A DNA stretch of 64,000 nucleotides from Bdellovibrionota bacterium (GCA_041739995.1 JBGSMV010000046.1:1-64000), one strand, 5' to 3'. Numbered from the stretch's first letter, positions 19,259 to 30,191 are shown. A program made the numbers and translations. Notes: generated by a model from the sequence alone, not told the origin.

Positions 19259-20539
19259 CTATTCTCTCGGCTCAATCTTCTCTTGTCCGCCCATGTATGG
19301 CCGCAGCGCGGTCGGCACACGAACACTACCATCAGCTTCCTGATTGTTCTCAAGCAACGGAATCAGGATTCGCGGAGAAGCGATGAGCGTATTGTTCAGC
19401 GTGTGGCAAAATACATTCTTGCCAGAAGCATCTTTATAGCGAAGCTTCAAACGCCGCGACTGGAAGTCATGAAACGTAGAGCAACTATGCGTCTCGCCAT
19501 AGGCCTTACGCGAGGGCATCCAGGCCTCAATGTCATTCTTGTAAACCTGCCCCAGTCCAATATCACCGGTACATACATCAACTACTCGGTAGGGAAGTTC
19601 AAGAAGCTGCATGAGCTCCTCTGCATTCCCTAACAACTCTTGGTGAAGTCCGGCACTCTCTGCCTCATCAGCTCGGCAAATGACGACCTGCTCTACCTTG
19701 TAGAACTGGTGCACGCGATACAAGCCAGCGGTATCCTTTCCGTAACTTCCCGCTTCACGTCGGTAGCACGGCGAATGCCCGGCATAACGCCGCGGCAGTG
19801 ACTTTTCTTCTAGGACTTCATCAATATGGTAAGCGCACACCGGCACTTCTGAGGTTCCAATCAGATAGGTATCAGGGTCGCGCTCATCAAGGTGATACGC
19901 CATATCCTCGCCACCTGGGAAATAGCTGGTTCCCACCATGGCTTCGTAGTGAACAATGTGCGGAGGATCAAAAAGGATGTAGCCCTTATGATGCAGCAAA
20001 TCCATGGCGCACTGCAGCACGGCATGTTGCAGTCTGGCACCGTCGCCCTTCAAGAAATAAGAGCGGGCACCACTTACCTTCACCCCACGCTCAATATCCA
20101 GAATGTCTAGAGCCCGACCAAGCGTGAGATGGTCTTTGGGGGTAAAGCCAAACTCAGGAACGCTGCCCCATTTCTTAATCTCAACATTCTCAGTGTCATC
20201 TTTGCCCACGGGCACTCGAGCGAGTGTCGGTTGTGGGATAAATAATTGTAGGCGCGTCCACTCGGCTTCCTCTTCCGCAAGTGCTGCCGACTCGTCTTTG
20301 AGACGGGCGGAAAGCTGCTTCATCTCCGCAAGCTTCTCCTGCTTCTCGGCCCCTTGGAGACTCGGCATAGCCTTACTGACCGCGTTCTGCTCAGCGCGCA
20401 GTTGCTCAACGCCTACTTTTTTGGCGCGTAAGGAGGCATCAAGCTTAAGGAAAGCATCGATATCGAGTTTGACCCGCTTTTTTGTGCAGGCATCTTTATA
20501 GAGCTCAGGGTTTTCGCGAAGATGGTGTAAATCAATCAT
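19259..20539 (-). CDS. serS: Serine--tRNA ligase
   Basis: N-terminal coiled coil, YLIGTSEV, YRREAGSYGKDT.GLYRVHQF.KVEQ, ETHSCS, HTLNNT. Confidence 0.98.
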   Translation of the reverse strand: MIDLHHLRENPELYKDACTKKRVKLDIDAFLKLDASLRAKKVGVEQLRAEQNAVSKAMPSLQGAEKQEKLAEMKQLSARLKDESAALAEEEAEWTRLQLFIPQPTLARVPVGKDDTENVEIKKWGSVPEFGFTPKDHLTLGRALDILDIERGVKVSGARSYFLKGDGARLQHAVLQCAMDLLHHKGYILFDPPHIVHYEAMVGTSYFPGGEDMAYHLDERDPDTYLIGTSEVPVCAYHIDEVLEEKSLPRRYAGHSPCYRREAGSYGKDTAGLYRVHQFYKVEQVVICRADEAESAGLHQELLGNAEELMQLLELPYRVVDVCTGDIGLGQVYKNDIEAWMPSRKAYGETHSCSTFHDFQSRRLKLRYKDASGKNVFCHTLNNTLIASPRILIPLLENNQEADGSVRVPTALRPYMGGQEKIEPRE

Positions 20540-20701
20540 GTGCTATCTCATTAGAATCGCGCTAGAAAATAGCCTTGGGCTCGCCCAATAGCAACTAGGC
20601 ACTCTGATAGGCGCTCGGCCAGAAGCCTCATATTTAGTGCCCCGGGGCACGCAACTTCGCTTGGTTCTCTCCGAAGATGTAAGTATTTCTACAAGCAGGA
20701 C

Positions 20702-22918
20702 ATGAATTTCTCTTCCCCAGAATCTTCAGAACAAGTGGTCAGAGGCACGGTTTCTCGGGTCACGTTTTATAATCCCGAGAACGGGTACTCGGTCATCCAG
20801 CTCACCACCACCGGGCAAGATGAGCAGATCACCGTCGTGGGCTCGTCACGCGGAGCCGCAGTGGGCTCTCACCTGGTCGTTCGTGGCACCTTTAAAACCC
20901 ACCCGAAGTTTGGACGACAACTGAGTGCTTCTTCCATCACCGAAACCGTACCGAGCACCGCTGACGGCATAGAGAAGTACTTAGCGAGCGGCATCATAAA
21001 GGGTATTGGTGAAAAAACCGCCCAACGCCTGGTCGAAGAGTTCGGTGATCAGGCACTGGAGACCATAGTGAAAGATACCGACCGGGTAGCGAAGCTCCCT
21101 GGAATCGGTCGCAAGAAAGCTCTGCTTCTGAAAGAAGCCATGGCCCAGCAGCAAGACGTCCAAGAAATCATGCGCTTTCTGCTCGAACATCATATCTCCC
21201 AAGGTCTGGCGTATCGTATTTTTGATAAGTTCGGCAATCGCTCGATTGAGGTAATTTCTCGCGACCCTTACCTACTTGCCCGCGAAATGCGCGGTGTGGG
21301 ATTTGCGACTGCCGACACTATTGGCCTGAACCTCGGGCTTAAGCCCGATTCTCCTCAGCGTCTGAAAGCGGGAATTTACTTTGCGCTAGAAAAATCAGTC
21401 GACGATGGTCACTGCTTTCTTACTCAGTCGCAACTAATGCAAAAGTCGTGTTTCTTGCTCGGGCTCGGAGAAGAGAATGCAGCCCTCCTTGAACCTCCCA
21501 TTGAGGCTCTCATAGAAGAAGACTATCTAGTGCGTTCCCTGGACGGTATTTATCTAAAGCACTTGGTGCGGGCAGAAGAGTTCGTTGCACAGTTTATCAA
21601 TGACAGAATTAGCCCCCGTGAGACAGCCGACATTGACGCTGAAGACATCGATATTGCCTTGGTAGATGCCGAGAAAACGCTGTCGCTGTCTTTTTCTCCC
21701 GAACAGCGCCGCGCCGTCCATTCCGCTGCATCCGCTCGCTTTATGATAATCACCGGAGGCCCCGGCTGCGGCAAAACTACTCTTATACGGGCGCTGTCGG
21801 TCATGTTCAGAAAATCTGGGATGCGCCTGATGTTGGCAGCGCCCACAGGGCGCGCGGCACAGCGCATGGGTGCAGTGTGTGAAATGTCCGCCAGCACCAT
21901 TCATCGCATGCTGCGCTATGACCCAGGCAAGCGCTCGTTCCTGCACGGGATAAACGATCCTCTCCCCGCGGATGTCGTCATCGTCGATGAAGCCTCGATG
22001 ATAGACATCATGCTCGCCAAAGATTTATTTTCTGCAATTCCAAGGGAAGCCACCCTCATTCTTGTGGGCGACAAAGATCAGCTTCCGTCGGTCGGTCCTG
22101 GACGAATATTTGGCGATCTGATCTCGGTTGAGTCTGTACATACCGTTTCACTTTCACGCCTGTTTCGTCGCGCCGAGGAGTCAGCCATCACCAACGTAGC
22201 GCACTTGATTAATTCCGGCGTTGTACCAGAGATCCCCCAGCCCGATGGTATCACCAAGAGCGACGCCTACTTTCTTCCGCGCCCAAAACCTGATGAAGCA
22301 GCGCTCACCATTGAAAAGCTCGTGTCTGAAACGATCCCTAAGAAGTTCGGGTTTTCAGGCCCAGAAATTGCGGTCCTGACTCCTTCTAACCGCGGAGATC
22401 TTGGCGCAGAACGCTTGAACGAACGGCTTCAATCACGACTCAACCCACCTGGCTCAATTGACAGCGAACAGGAAATTTCTGTTCACGGACGTGCGTTACG
22501 CGTAAATGACCGCGTATGTCAGCGCGTGAACAACTATAATCTTGATGACGTCGGCGTGTTTAACGGCGACACTGGCACGATTTGTAGCATTAATCGTAAG
22601 GACCAAGAGATCGTAGTCGAACTGTGGGACGGCAGGCTGGTCAAGTATAGCTCTGGTGATGTGTCTCAACTCTCACTCGCATACGCTCTTACCGTGCATC
22701 GCTCACAAGGCTCAGAAGTTCCTTGCGTGGTGCTCGCACTGCATGACTCGCACTTTACATTGCTCGATAGGCAGCTGATTTACACCGCGGTCACCAGAGC
22801 AAAGCGACTGCTGGTCATTGTAGGCTCTAAACGCGCCATGATGATGGCCGTTCGGCGCAGCTCGTCGAAGCGCAGAAATTCAAAACTCAGGGAGCGCGTA
22901 CAAATGCTCTCAGTTTAG
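20702..22918 (+). CDS. recD2: ATP-dependent RecD2-like DNA helicase
   Basis: HPKFGRQ, YLASGIIKGIG, HhH, TGGPGCGKTT, VDEASM, GDKDQLPSVGPG, VFNGDTG, AYALTVHRSQGSE, YTAVTRAK. Confidence 0.96.
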   Translation: MNFSSPESSEQVVRGTVSRVTFYNPENGYSVIQLTTTGQDEQITVVGSSRGAAVGSHLVVRGTFKTHPKFGRQLSASSITETVPSTADGIEKYLASGIIKGIGEKTAQRLVEEFGDQALETIVKDTDRVAKLPGIGRKKALLLKEAMAQQQDVQEIMRFLLEHHISQGLAYRIFDKFGNRSIEVISRDPYLLAREMRGVGFATADTIGLNLGLKPDSPQRLKAGIYFALEKSVDDGHCFLTQSQLMQKSCFLLGLGEENAALLEPPIEALIEEDYLVRSLDGIYLKHLVRAEEFVAQFINDRISPRETADIDAEDIDIALVDAEKTLSLSFSPEQRRAVHSAASARFMIITGGPGCGKTTLIRALSVMFRKSGMRLMLAAPTGRAAQRMGAVCEMSASTIHRMLRYDPGKRSFLHGINDPLPADVVIVDEASMIDIMLAKDLFSAIPREATLILVGDKDQLPSVGPGRIFGDLISVESVHTVSLSRLFRRAEESAITNVAHLINSGVVPEIPQPDGITKSDAYFLPRPKPDEAALTIEKLVSETIPKKFGFSGPEIAVLTPSNRGDLGAERLNERLQSRLNPPGSIDSEQEISVHGRALRVNDRVCQRVNNYNLDDVGVFNGDTGTICSINRKDQEIVVELWDGRLVKYSSGDVSQLSLAYALTVHRSQGSEVPCVVLALHDSHFTLLDRQLIYTAVTRAKRLLVIVGSKRAMMMAVRRSSSKRRNSKLRERVQMLSV

Positions 22919-23168
22919 AAAGATGGCTATCAAGCATCCTCTCACGACCACCAGAGCGGGACGACAATGGTATCGTTCAAATCGAGCTCAGTTCAGACCT
23001 CCGTCCCACTATTCATTACCCCTTTTCCCTGCCCCTCTGCTCTGCAGCTGTTCCCTGCGACTGTGTCCGGCCAGTGTTCCTGACAACGGCCCTCCCCCAA
23101 ATAGGACAGGGGCTTTGCGGTGTCACCGCAAATATGGTTCCCTGACAATCCCCCTCTATACCTGAAAC

Positions 23169-23185
23169 TTGGCCCGAGTTTTGCT
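23169..23185 (+). promoter_or_regulatory. sigma54 promoter with an upstream palindrome (23114-23132)
   Basis: TTGGCCCGAGTTTTGCT = GG-N10-GC; upstream TTTGCGGTG-T-CACCGCAAA. Confidence 0.7.
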
Positions 23186-23195
23186 CTTAAGAGAC

Positions 23196-23319
23196 TCTAT
23201 AACCACCATCTCTTTGAAGATGGCCGACATACCGCCCCGAAAGTATCTGGTACGGGTCGCGTTCGCCTGCAAACCCGCGGATCGTGACTTTGTACCAGGT
23301 GCTTTCGGGATTTTTATTT
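23196..23319 (+). ncRNA. Candidate structured small RNA (about 120 nt)
   Basis: Starts at the predicted sigma54 +1; small hairpin at 23206-23223; 31-bp hairpin at 23236-23309 with six G-U pairs; T-tract at 23311-23319; no credible ORF. Confidence 0.65.
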
Positions 23320-23798
23320 CTTCGCCGCCACGAGACGTGCAGTAAGAGCAACCCTGCTATCGGAGGAGTCAGCAGAGTCCGCCTTACAATTACTTAGCGA
23401 CCATGATTCTGTTAGTGGGCAAAGATAATATCAGAATCTAGTAATGAGATTCCGTACGCTGCTGCGAATCCTCGGAGAAAGTCTCTACTCGCCGCCATTG
23501 AGCCCTTCCTACTGGAGGTGCTCTTGCCGTCACCTTGAATCTCATGCGGCGATTCTGGCAGAAGCCTCAGACCAGTGGTCGGTGATATCCTCTACGCAAG
23601 CACCTGCAGGTGGTGAACGTAGTCCCCTGTCCCAGGTTAGTTGAGTTAACGGAGCCAGTAACTGCCGACTCTCGATCTGGCGCGGTACCCGAGCGAAAAA
23701 CCTTCTCAGGTGCTCAGTGATTCGGCATCCTTCGACAGATACCGCACAAAGCTTTTTGGTAAATATTGATCACCGAGTACGTTCATAATGGTTCGCCC

Positions 23799-24263
23799 TC
23801 AAGAACGGCCTTGTTTCGTTATGGCCTGCTGAGAATTGTCCTGCTTTTCGAGCGTCCCTCGTGCCGTCCCTCCTTGTTTCAGTAGCGCCTGGTTCTCGTT
23901 CCAGATTTTCAGTCGTTCTGAGAATTTAGTGGAAATGGGGCGAGACTTCCGCTCACCTTTCATGCCGAAGACCGCGCCCTCACCGCCCTCAACCAGCAAA
24001 TCCCCAGCTGCCAGTGTGGGATTCTCCGCATCCTCAGCGAGGGAAAGACCAGTGCAGGTAGCGCGACACCCTGGTGCCGGACCAGCGCAGGCTTCAACTT
24101 CGTGGTCATTTAAATCTTTGACGTAAGAATGGAAGGAACAGCGTGCTTCATAGTGCACCTCGCCTGCCGTCGTAGGGACGGTCTCGGCCCACGCTTCTTG
24201 GGCAACAAAGGGGAAGGAAAATAAGAATATACTTGCGGCCAGTAGGCCATAGGGTCTATCCAT
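23799..24263 (-). CDS. Secreted hypothetical protein with four Cys
   Basis: Signal peptide ending AWA-E, GAGGAG RBS, upstream sigma54 motif. Confidence 0.75.
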   Translation of the reverse strand: MDRPYGLLAASIFLFSFPFVAQEAWAETVPTTAGEVHYEARCSFHSYVKDLNDHEVEACAGPAPGCRATCTGLSLAEDAENPTLAAGDLLVEGGEGAVFGMKGERKSRPISTKFSERLKIWNENQALLKQGGTARGTLEKQDNSQQAITKQGRS

Positions 24264-24329
24264 AAGCGCTCCTCAGCCACTTAAGAACCAGATCCTAGGA
24301 TGAACCCAACACCGAACGTTTAAGTACAA

Positions 24330-24345
24330 TGCAACCCACATGCCG
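24330..24345 (-). promoter_or_regulatory. sigma54 promoter
   Basis: Minus strand CGGCATGTGGGTTGCA = GG-N10-GC, about 65 bp upstream of the ATG at 24263. Confidence 0.65.
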
Positions 24346-24676
24346 ATGGATTTAGATTCTAGAAGGCGTCATGGTTACCAGTTCGAAGATTCCAAGCTAT
24401 TGCGCGTAGTTAGAATTGAGCTTTGTACTTGGCGGCAGCTGCTAGGCCTCCGAACTGTCTCTCAGTTGACCCCTAGCGCCTAGGATAACCACTGGTTTTC
24501 TTATGCCAATTGGTTGTTACGGCGCTCTTTGACCATCGTTCAGAATAAAAGACTAAGGTCGCCCTCTCTGGCGTCCGCGCTCATTTCGCACTGCGCCAAT
24601 CCGAGTAGAAGCACTTCTGAATTAGATGTCAGTTGGGAAAGTGTATCCAATCACACCAACTTCGAAAGGAAACAAC

Positions 24677-25033
24677 ATGGACAGTAAAGTTATTGGACTC
24701 CTGCGCTGGGTCGTCGGACTGCTGGCCCTCAACCTCGTCGTCATCGCGGTTACGGCCGCTGTGCTCATTCTGGGACTGACGCCAAAGGCGGAACGAGGAG
24801 TGCAGGTGGCAGAACGGATGGAAGAGCGCTTCCAAGGGATTGCCGATCATGTCGAACCAGTTGTCATGGCTGGGGCTGGCAAGACGATTCAGGCCATTCA
24901 GAACATGGACGCCAGCCAAATCGCTGATCATGCTACCGATGGCGTCAGCGGAGTAGTTGACTCGGCTGCTGAACGCGCTCGCGACTATCTGAACAACAAG
25001 AAGCAGAAGAAAGAAGGTCAGACCGACGAGTAA
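24677..25033 (+). CDS. Small single-TM hypothetical protein
   Basis: AAGGA RBS, N-terminal TM helix, helical C-terminus. Confidence 0.75.
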   Translation: MDSKVIGLLRWVVGLLALNLVVIAVTAAVLILGLTPKAERGVQVAERMEERFQGIADHVEPVVMAGAGKTIQAIQNMDASQIADHATDGVSGVVDSAAERARDYLNNKKQKKEGQTDE

Positions 25034-25243
25034 TTGAATCACGCCGCACAAGACCACCTCCAGAGGTTTCTAGTTCTCACTACGGTTATTCTATTTTGGA
25101 AAGTGCCCCTGGCACTTTCCCACCTGACATTCAAAATTAGACGACCGCATTTGATCGTGGCGGCCATCTGGGAATCGCTCAGTGTCGCTTGCTCAGAACG
25201 CGCAGTGGATCACGTTGCCCTCAGTGAGGATCTTTGAGTCAAA

Positions 25244-27655
25244 TCACTGATCGCCTTTCCCCCAAGCAAACTGCGCCTTCAGTTCATTCGAGGTCGCCGG
25301 CAGCTCACCGCGTTGCTTTAAGGCCCATTCGTGCTCAAGGCTCGCAAAATCAGCCTCCTTCAGAGAAAACAAAGTCAAACGCGGATTATTGAAACCATAG
25401 GTGCCGTGTGGCGCTTCAATCTGAGTAACTATTGGTACTCGATCAAAGACCGTACGCAAACGCTCTTGGAAAACTTTTGCGGCAAGCGGTTGCGAGAAAT
25501 AACGATCGTAAAAAAGGCTGGAAAGAACCAAGTAATCCTGCCCACTTGATTTTAAATCGTCAATTTCCAGTTTCTCTAAAATCTTTGCCCTTGGAATGTG
25601 TGTTATCTCGAACTCCCCGTTCCAAAACCGCGGCGCATAGGGCTTCCAATCGAGATACACTTTACTCCCAGGCGGAAGATTCTGAATCATCCACTGCGCC
25701 ATTTGATCTCGCGTATCATCGGGCACCTCACTGGCCAGTTGCACGGTCCTCACCAGAGGCACCGCTATCACTAGCGGAATCAGTAATGGCACTAGAGTTC
25801 TAATGGGCGACTGCCTTGCCATTCTTAAGAACTCGCCTGCGGCGAGGGCAAGAAACGGCAAGCACGGAAAGATATATCGCTCTGGCTGAGGCTCAGGTTT
25901 GGCTTTGACCCACTCAGCAGGCAGATAAAACATAAGGACCAGGCCGACAATGAAGAGATCTTCTATTCGTCTGCGCCACAGCAGAATACCCATCCCAATC
26001 AATCCCGCCACCGTAGCAATGGTCGACGTTCCAGGGATCACACTTCTCCAGAAGTGGTACATCCAAAACTGTGACCAGGAATCAATCGGTATGGTATGCC
26101 CACGCAGCATATGATTTCGCTCTGACTGGAAGTCTTTGAGAAATACTGCCGAATTCAAAACAGCGTACGGAGTGCACAAAAGAAATCCCAGTGGCGAGAG
26201 CGCCACGGCTCCGACCGTCGGAGCCACATAGGACCAATCGGGGCGAAACGAGCGCGAGCGCAGCCAAGGAGCAGTGGCGACAATGCCTACGGCGAGTAAC
26301 CCTGAGTACTTACTCGCTGCCGTCATGCCGGCCAGAATTCCTGCGAACCACAACCAGCCGCGTTTATCTTCTTGGACTGCACGCAACAGCACCGAGACCG
26401 TCAACAACAGCATGCAAGTAAGCAGCGCATCCTCTTTCATGTATCTGCTGCAGGTCACGTGCAACGGAAAAACCGCCAACAAAAAGGCCCCGGTCAGTCC
26501 TACTTCACGAGCAAATAATCGTGCTCCGATCCGGTACACAAGGAATACCGATAGAGTCCCTGCCAAGGCACTGACGATACGCCCGGCAAAAAACTGAGTG
26601 GAACGAAAGTCGCCAGGAATACCTAGCCACGCATCGACTGGAATCCCAAACCAATGAATCACACTGTTTACGAAATAGCTGGTGTAGAGCAGAAATGAAG
26701 GATGCAAGAAGTATTGCGGATCTAGGGTGCCGCTCTCGACCATACGCATGATTGCGTTAATCTTTGGAACTTCGTCAGGATGGTAATTGCTGGGCAGTCC
26801 AAAGCTTAAGCCCCAAAAGCGTAAGCCCGCTCCAAGCAGCACAACCGCTGTTATCCCTGTTCCCCACAGCATCCCTGAATTAGAGCTCCGGGGGGCGGAA
26901 GAGTCTTGCCCCGGTGTAGCCGCCGGGATGAAAGAGCCCAGAAGCATCCCTGCACCAAGACAAGCGAAGAGCATCCATAGTCCGACTAACTTCTGCATTG
27001 AAGCATCATCGGCATGTTGAAGAAGCATCCATCCACACAGCGGAATCAACCAAAGCGGAACATGCGCAAGTCGCGCCAAGGCTGGCGCACGCTTAAACCA
27101 CCAAAAATAGACAAACGTGAGTAGCAGCAGCATAGAAAATGCGGGAATAAGAATCCTCGCGGAGCGAATCGGCGCAAAAAGCCGCGAACCTACTTCCATG
27201 CTGAGCATTCGCGCACCGACTTGTCGCCTATCTCGCGCCGAAGCAACAAACGGATTTAGCACCTCAAATTCAACCACGCGTGGTTCGCAGCTTCCTCGCA
27301 GCGCCACACGATGGACCGGAGCTTCACGCGTCACCGTGAATGTAGTGGTCAGCTCGCCACACACACGCGCAGCGATTTGCGCAGGCTCAAGACCAGCAGG
27401 ACGCCAAGCGTCAAACGTAAGGTCGAGGCGATTCGCGAATGGCGCCAAATCATTGAGTCGAATCTGCGACCCATTCTCTATCCATCCATCTACGCCAATT
27501 TGTTCAAACAGGCCTTTGGAGTCAGCAGGGGTAATTTTTTGCTCCTCAGACCAGCCCAGACCAAAAACCACCGCTATCGCGCATAGCAGGCCGCCAAATA
27601 CCAACGCTCGCCAAGAATCTTTCACGCTCACTTCCTCACTTTTCACAAACTTCAA
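25244..27655 (-). CDS. GT-C fold (GT39/PMT-like) glycosyltransferase with an N-terminal periplasmic domain
   Basis: LRFWGL.FGLP..YHPDE, YFLHPS, SRYMKED, ASKY, many TM helices. Confidence 0.85.
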   Translation of the reverse strand: MKFVKSEEVSVKDSWRALVFGGLLCAIAVVFGLGWSEEQKITPADSKGLFEQIGVDGWIENGSQIRLNDLAPFANRLDLTFDAWRPAGLEPAQIAARVCGELTTTFTVTREAPVHRVALRGSCEPRVVEFEVLNPFVASARDRRQVGARMLSMEVGSRLFAPIRSARILIPAFSMLLLLTFVYFWWFKRAPALARLAHVPLWLIPLCGWMLLQHADDASMQKLVGLWMLFACLGAGMLLGSFIPAATPGQDSSAPRSSNSGMLWGTGITAVVLLGAGLRFWGLSFGLPSNYHPDEVPKINAIMRMVESGTLDPQYFLHPSFLLYTSYFVNSVIHWFGIPVDAWLGIPGDFRSTQFFAGRIVSALAGTLSVFLVYRIGARLFAREVGLTGAFLLAVFPLHVTCSRYMKEDALLTCMLLLTVSVLLRAVQEDKRGWLWFAGILAGMTAASKYSGLLAVGIVATAPWLRSRSFRPDWSYVAPTVGAVALSPLGFLLCTPYAVLNSAVFLKDFQSERNHMLRGHTIPIDSWSQFWMYHFWRSVIPGTSTIATVAGLIGMGILLWRRRIEDLFIVGLVLMFYLPAEWVKAKPEPQPERYIFPCLPFLALAAGEFLRMARQSPIRTLVPLLIPLVIAVPLVRTVQLASEVPDDTRDQMAQWMIQNLPPGSKVYLDWKPYAPRFWNGEFEITHIPRAKILEKLEIDDLKSSGQDYLVLSSLFYDRYFSQPLAAKVFQERLRTVFDRVPIVTQIEAPHGTYGFNNPRLTLFSLKEADFASLEHEWALKQRGELPATSNELKAQFAWGKGDQ

Positions 27656-27731
27656 TTTTCCTTAACCGCAATCGACTTCGCCGAAATCCTCATCAATAGC
27701 AGGCTTGCGAAGAGATTTCTTCACATCGCTG

Positions 27732-29681
27732 CTATGGTTTCCTTTCTGCCAGCCACGTCTTAAGCGCCTGAACATCCACCACGACGGACACGTCATCTCG
27801 AAACGGCATCGCCGGAAAATTAATCATATCAATCTCGCGCGGCAGTTCTCGATACGCGTACTCGGGCCAACTGCGCCCCGCGATCTCACGCAGCAGCGAG
27901 TTGAAGGGCTCAAAATATTTCACTGAGGCAAGAGCTTCAGGATAGAATCGCTTTCTGTCGAACACAAAGTAATCGATCCCCTGCGGCTCAACCAGAGACA
28001 GAAACTCATTAAGATCTCGTGCGTAATGCGCGCGAAGCGTGATTTCAATTCGCGGCTTGATGGTGGCGTAATATCCATCATAGAACGGGTGCGCCGTCTC
28101 CGTGGTGATGTAAGCGGTGCGATGCCCAAACAGCATCGCCCCATCGATAAGAGACGGCTCTCCCGCAATAAGCGCGTCCCGAGGCGTGTGCGCCCTTATC
28201 CAATCAAACACTCCACCTTTCTTGTGTGCGGAGTAGTTAAAATTTCCCGAGCCCTGCAAGCCAGACCCGGAGCCAAGCACCACTACCAGAGCGACCGCAG
28301 CCAGTCCTAAATAACTCCACCACCAGCGATGAGCGGCGCTGGCCCCCAGGTACGGCGCGCCGACGCGCCAAGCGGCGATTGAAACCCCCACCACAAAACA
28401 AATCGCCAGCGGAAACTGCAGATGCCTGTCAGGCACATACAATTGAAAGGCGAATGCGCGCGCAGCGGCATAAACCAGCAAAGTCGCCACACCGAACCAC
28501 AGCACTGGTTTTGGAAAAACTTCCCTGCGTTGTCTGAAGCCGACGCCCGCAAGGAACAGACACCCAAGCACTACCAACGGAATGATCGCCGCCTTAATAA
28601 TTGTGCCAGGATTATGGAGTCGCGACGCGAAGGCTTGAAACCCGAAGGTGGCAAGTTCCCATCGCACTGGTTTCAAGGGATAGAAAGGAAATCTTCCGTC
28701 AGGCGTTGAGAACTCAGGCATGTGCGCCGCTCGTTCCAGCGTAGCCATTGTTCCAATTTCGGCGGGCATGCGCACTACTAGCCACGCAAGAACCACCAGA
28801 AACGGTGCGAGTACTGTAAAACGCCAAAGCGGTGCCCATGCACGACGGCTTGCGGCAGAATCCAACGCCCTACCCTGCGAAGAGCTCCGTAAGAAATCCC
28901 ACATCAACCACAGACCGTACGCTCCGGCACAGATAATGGTGGCCGGTGGATGCACCAAACATCCAAACACGAGAGTGGCGAGCACTCCTCGGTGATTTCC
29001 TTTCAACGCAAAATAAAGAAAAAATGCGAACAGCGGCGCAGCCCAGCCGCGCGGCAGTCCGCCAGTCATGCGCTGCACTATAAGTCGGGTGTGCAGCATC
29101 CACGTGGCGGCGAAAAGCCCAGGAATCATTCCTGCGACGACTCCCCCACACGCTGCGCTGACCGCAAGGAATATTCCAAGCACAAGCAGAGAAAGCTGAA
29201 TGAGCATCACCACATGCCCAGCCATGACCGCATCGCCTGTAACCCACGTCATGGCCGCCGTCACACCGTAGTGAATCGGCGTTAAGTAGCGCTCCATCAT
29301 TTGGGTGATCACATCACCAGAAAAAAGTTCTGGATCGAACACACGAAGAAAAGGATAGCTCTGTTGCAATGCGTCATCGGTCGTCCATTCAGGACTAAAC
29401 CACCAATCAGAAACGCTGAAGTAGAAGCAAGCGCAGTAGACGAGGAACCCGACGAGAGCTACGGCTTTAAAAAGCACTTCAAGGTTGTCGCGAATGCCCT
29501 GCACTACAGCCTTCACTACGGCCGCTACGGCAGAGCCTGATAATTTGGGCAGTCTCTGGTCGGCACGCTGAACTTCAGGTCCGGAGTCCGAGATATTTTC
29601 TAGGACATCAGCGAGACTACCCCTTTCTTCGGCATGCCTAACCTCGTCCGCATTTTGTGCTAAGTTCCCGAAGTTCTTCAT
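27732..29681 (-). CDS. Polytopic membrane protein, probable GT-C glycosyltransferase (start uncertain)
   Basis: WTTDDALQQ acidic loop after TM1, multiple TM helices, C-terminal WIRAHTPRDALIAG periplasmic domain. Confidence 0.7.
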   Translation of the reverse strand: MKNFGNLAQNADEVRHAEERGSLADVLENISDSGPEVQRADQRLPKLSGSAVAAVVKAVVQGIRDNLEVLFKAVALVGFLVYCACFYFSVSDWWFSPEWTTDDALQQSYPFLRVFDPELFSGDVITQMMERYLTPIHYGVTAAMTWVTGDAVMAGHVVMLIQLSLLVLGIFLAVSAACGGVVAGMIPGLFAATWMLHTRLIVQRMTGGLPRGWAAPLFAFFLYFALKGNHRGVLATLVFGCLVHPPATIICAGAYGLWLMWDFLRSSSQGRALDSAASRRAWAPLWRFTVLAPFLVVLAWLVVRMPAEIGTMATLERAAHMPEFSTPDGRFPFYPLKPVRWELATFGFQAFASRLHNPGTIIKAAIIPLVVLGCLFLAGVGFRQRREVFPKPVLWFGVATLLVYAAARAFAFQLYVPDRHLQFPLAICFVVGVSIAAWRVGAPYLGASAAHRWWWSYLGLAAVALVVVLGSGSGLQGSGNFNYSAHKKGGVFDWIRAHTPRDALIAGEPSLIDGAMLFGHRTAYITTETAHPFYDGYYATIKPRIEITLRAHYARDLNEFLSLVEPQGIDYFVFDRKRFYPEALASVKYFEPFNSLLREIAGRSWPEYAYRELPREIDMINFPAMPFRDDVSVVVDVQALKTWLAERKP

Positions 29682-29878
29682 AAGAAACACTGGATATACC
29701 TGTGTTCCAAAGCTTCCGTCAAAACTCAGGCCCCGCCCGTAGCCACCAAACAGAATCGCAAATAGGCGCTTGCTCATCTGTTAATGTGGAAGCACAGAGG
29801 TGCGTCGGTTTGTGCCCAAATGGCCCTACTGAACGACCTCGTTGAGTAACAAGGTTTTTCACCGTTTTTGTCTGGAGT

Positions 29879-30103
29879 GTGGAGATGGATACGTTACAAC
29901 GTTTAATGGATATCGCGAGTCGTCTTGAGCAGTTAGAGGGGACGGCAGACTGGATCGCACGCGAGACCGTACACTCCGACAGCGGCGTTTCTCAGAGCGC
30001 TACCTTAATAACAGTGCTCTCAGACAATGTGAGGGAGCGAATCTACGCGCTGGTAAAGGATCTTGAAGAGAATGAGGAAGAAGATCAAAACCAGTTTCAC
30101 TAG
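29879..30103 (+). CDS. Small helical acidic hypothetical protein (74 aa)
   Basis: GGAG RBS, plausible helical bundle, downstream terminator. Confidence 0.7.
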   Translation: MEMDTLQRLMDIASRLEQLEGTADWIARETVHSDSGVSQSATLITVLSDNVRERIYALVKDLEENEEEDQNQFH

Positions 30104-30191
30104 GCCCTAGAGCGCTTCGCTGATAGGCGCTAAAGCGCCCCGCTCAGGAACACTGATTTCGAGCGCGAGGTCACTTTTGAGAACCGAACAT

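Noticed and set aside
22923..23644. ORFs 22923-23165 and 23444-23644 as proteins
   Set aside because: They have no RBS and atypical composition; the first overlaps the candidate regulatory sites of the sigma54 promoter.
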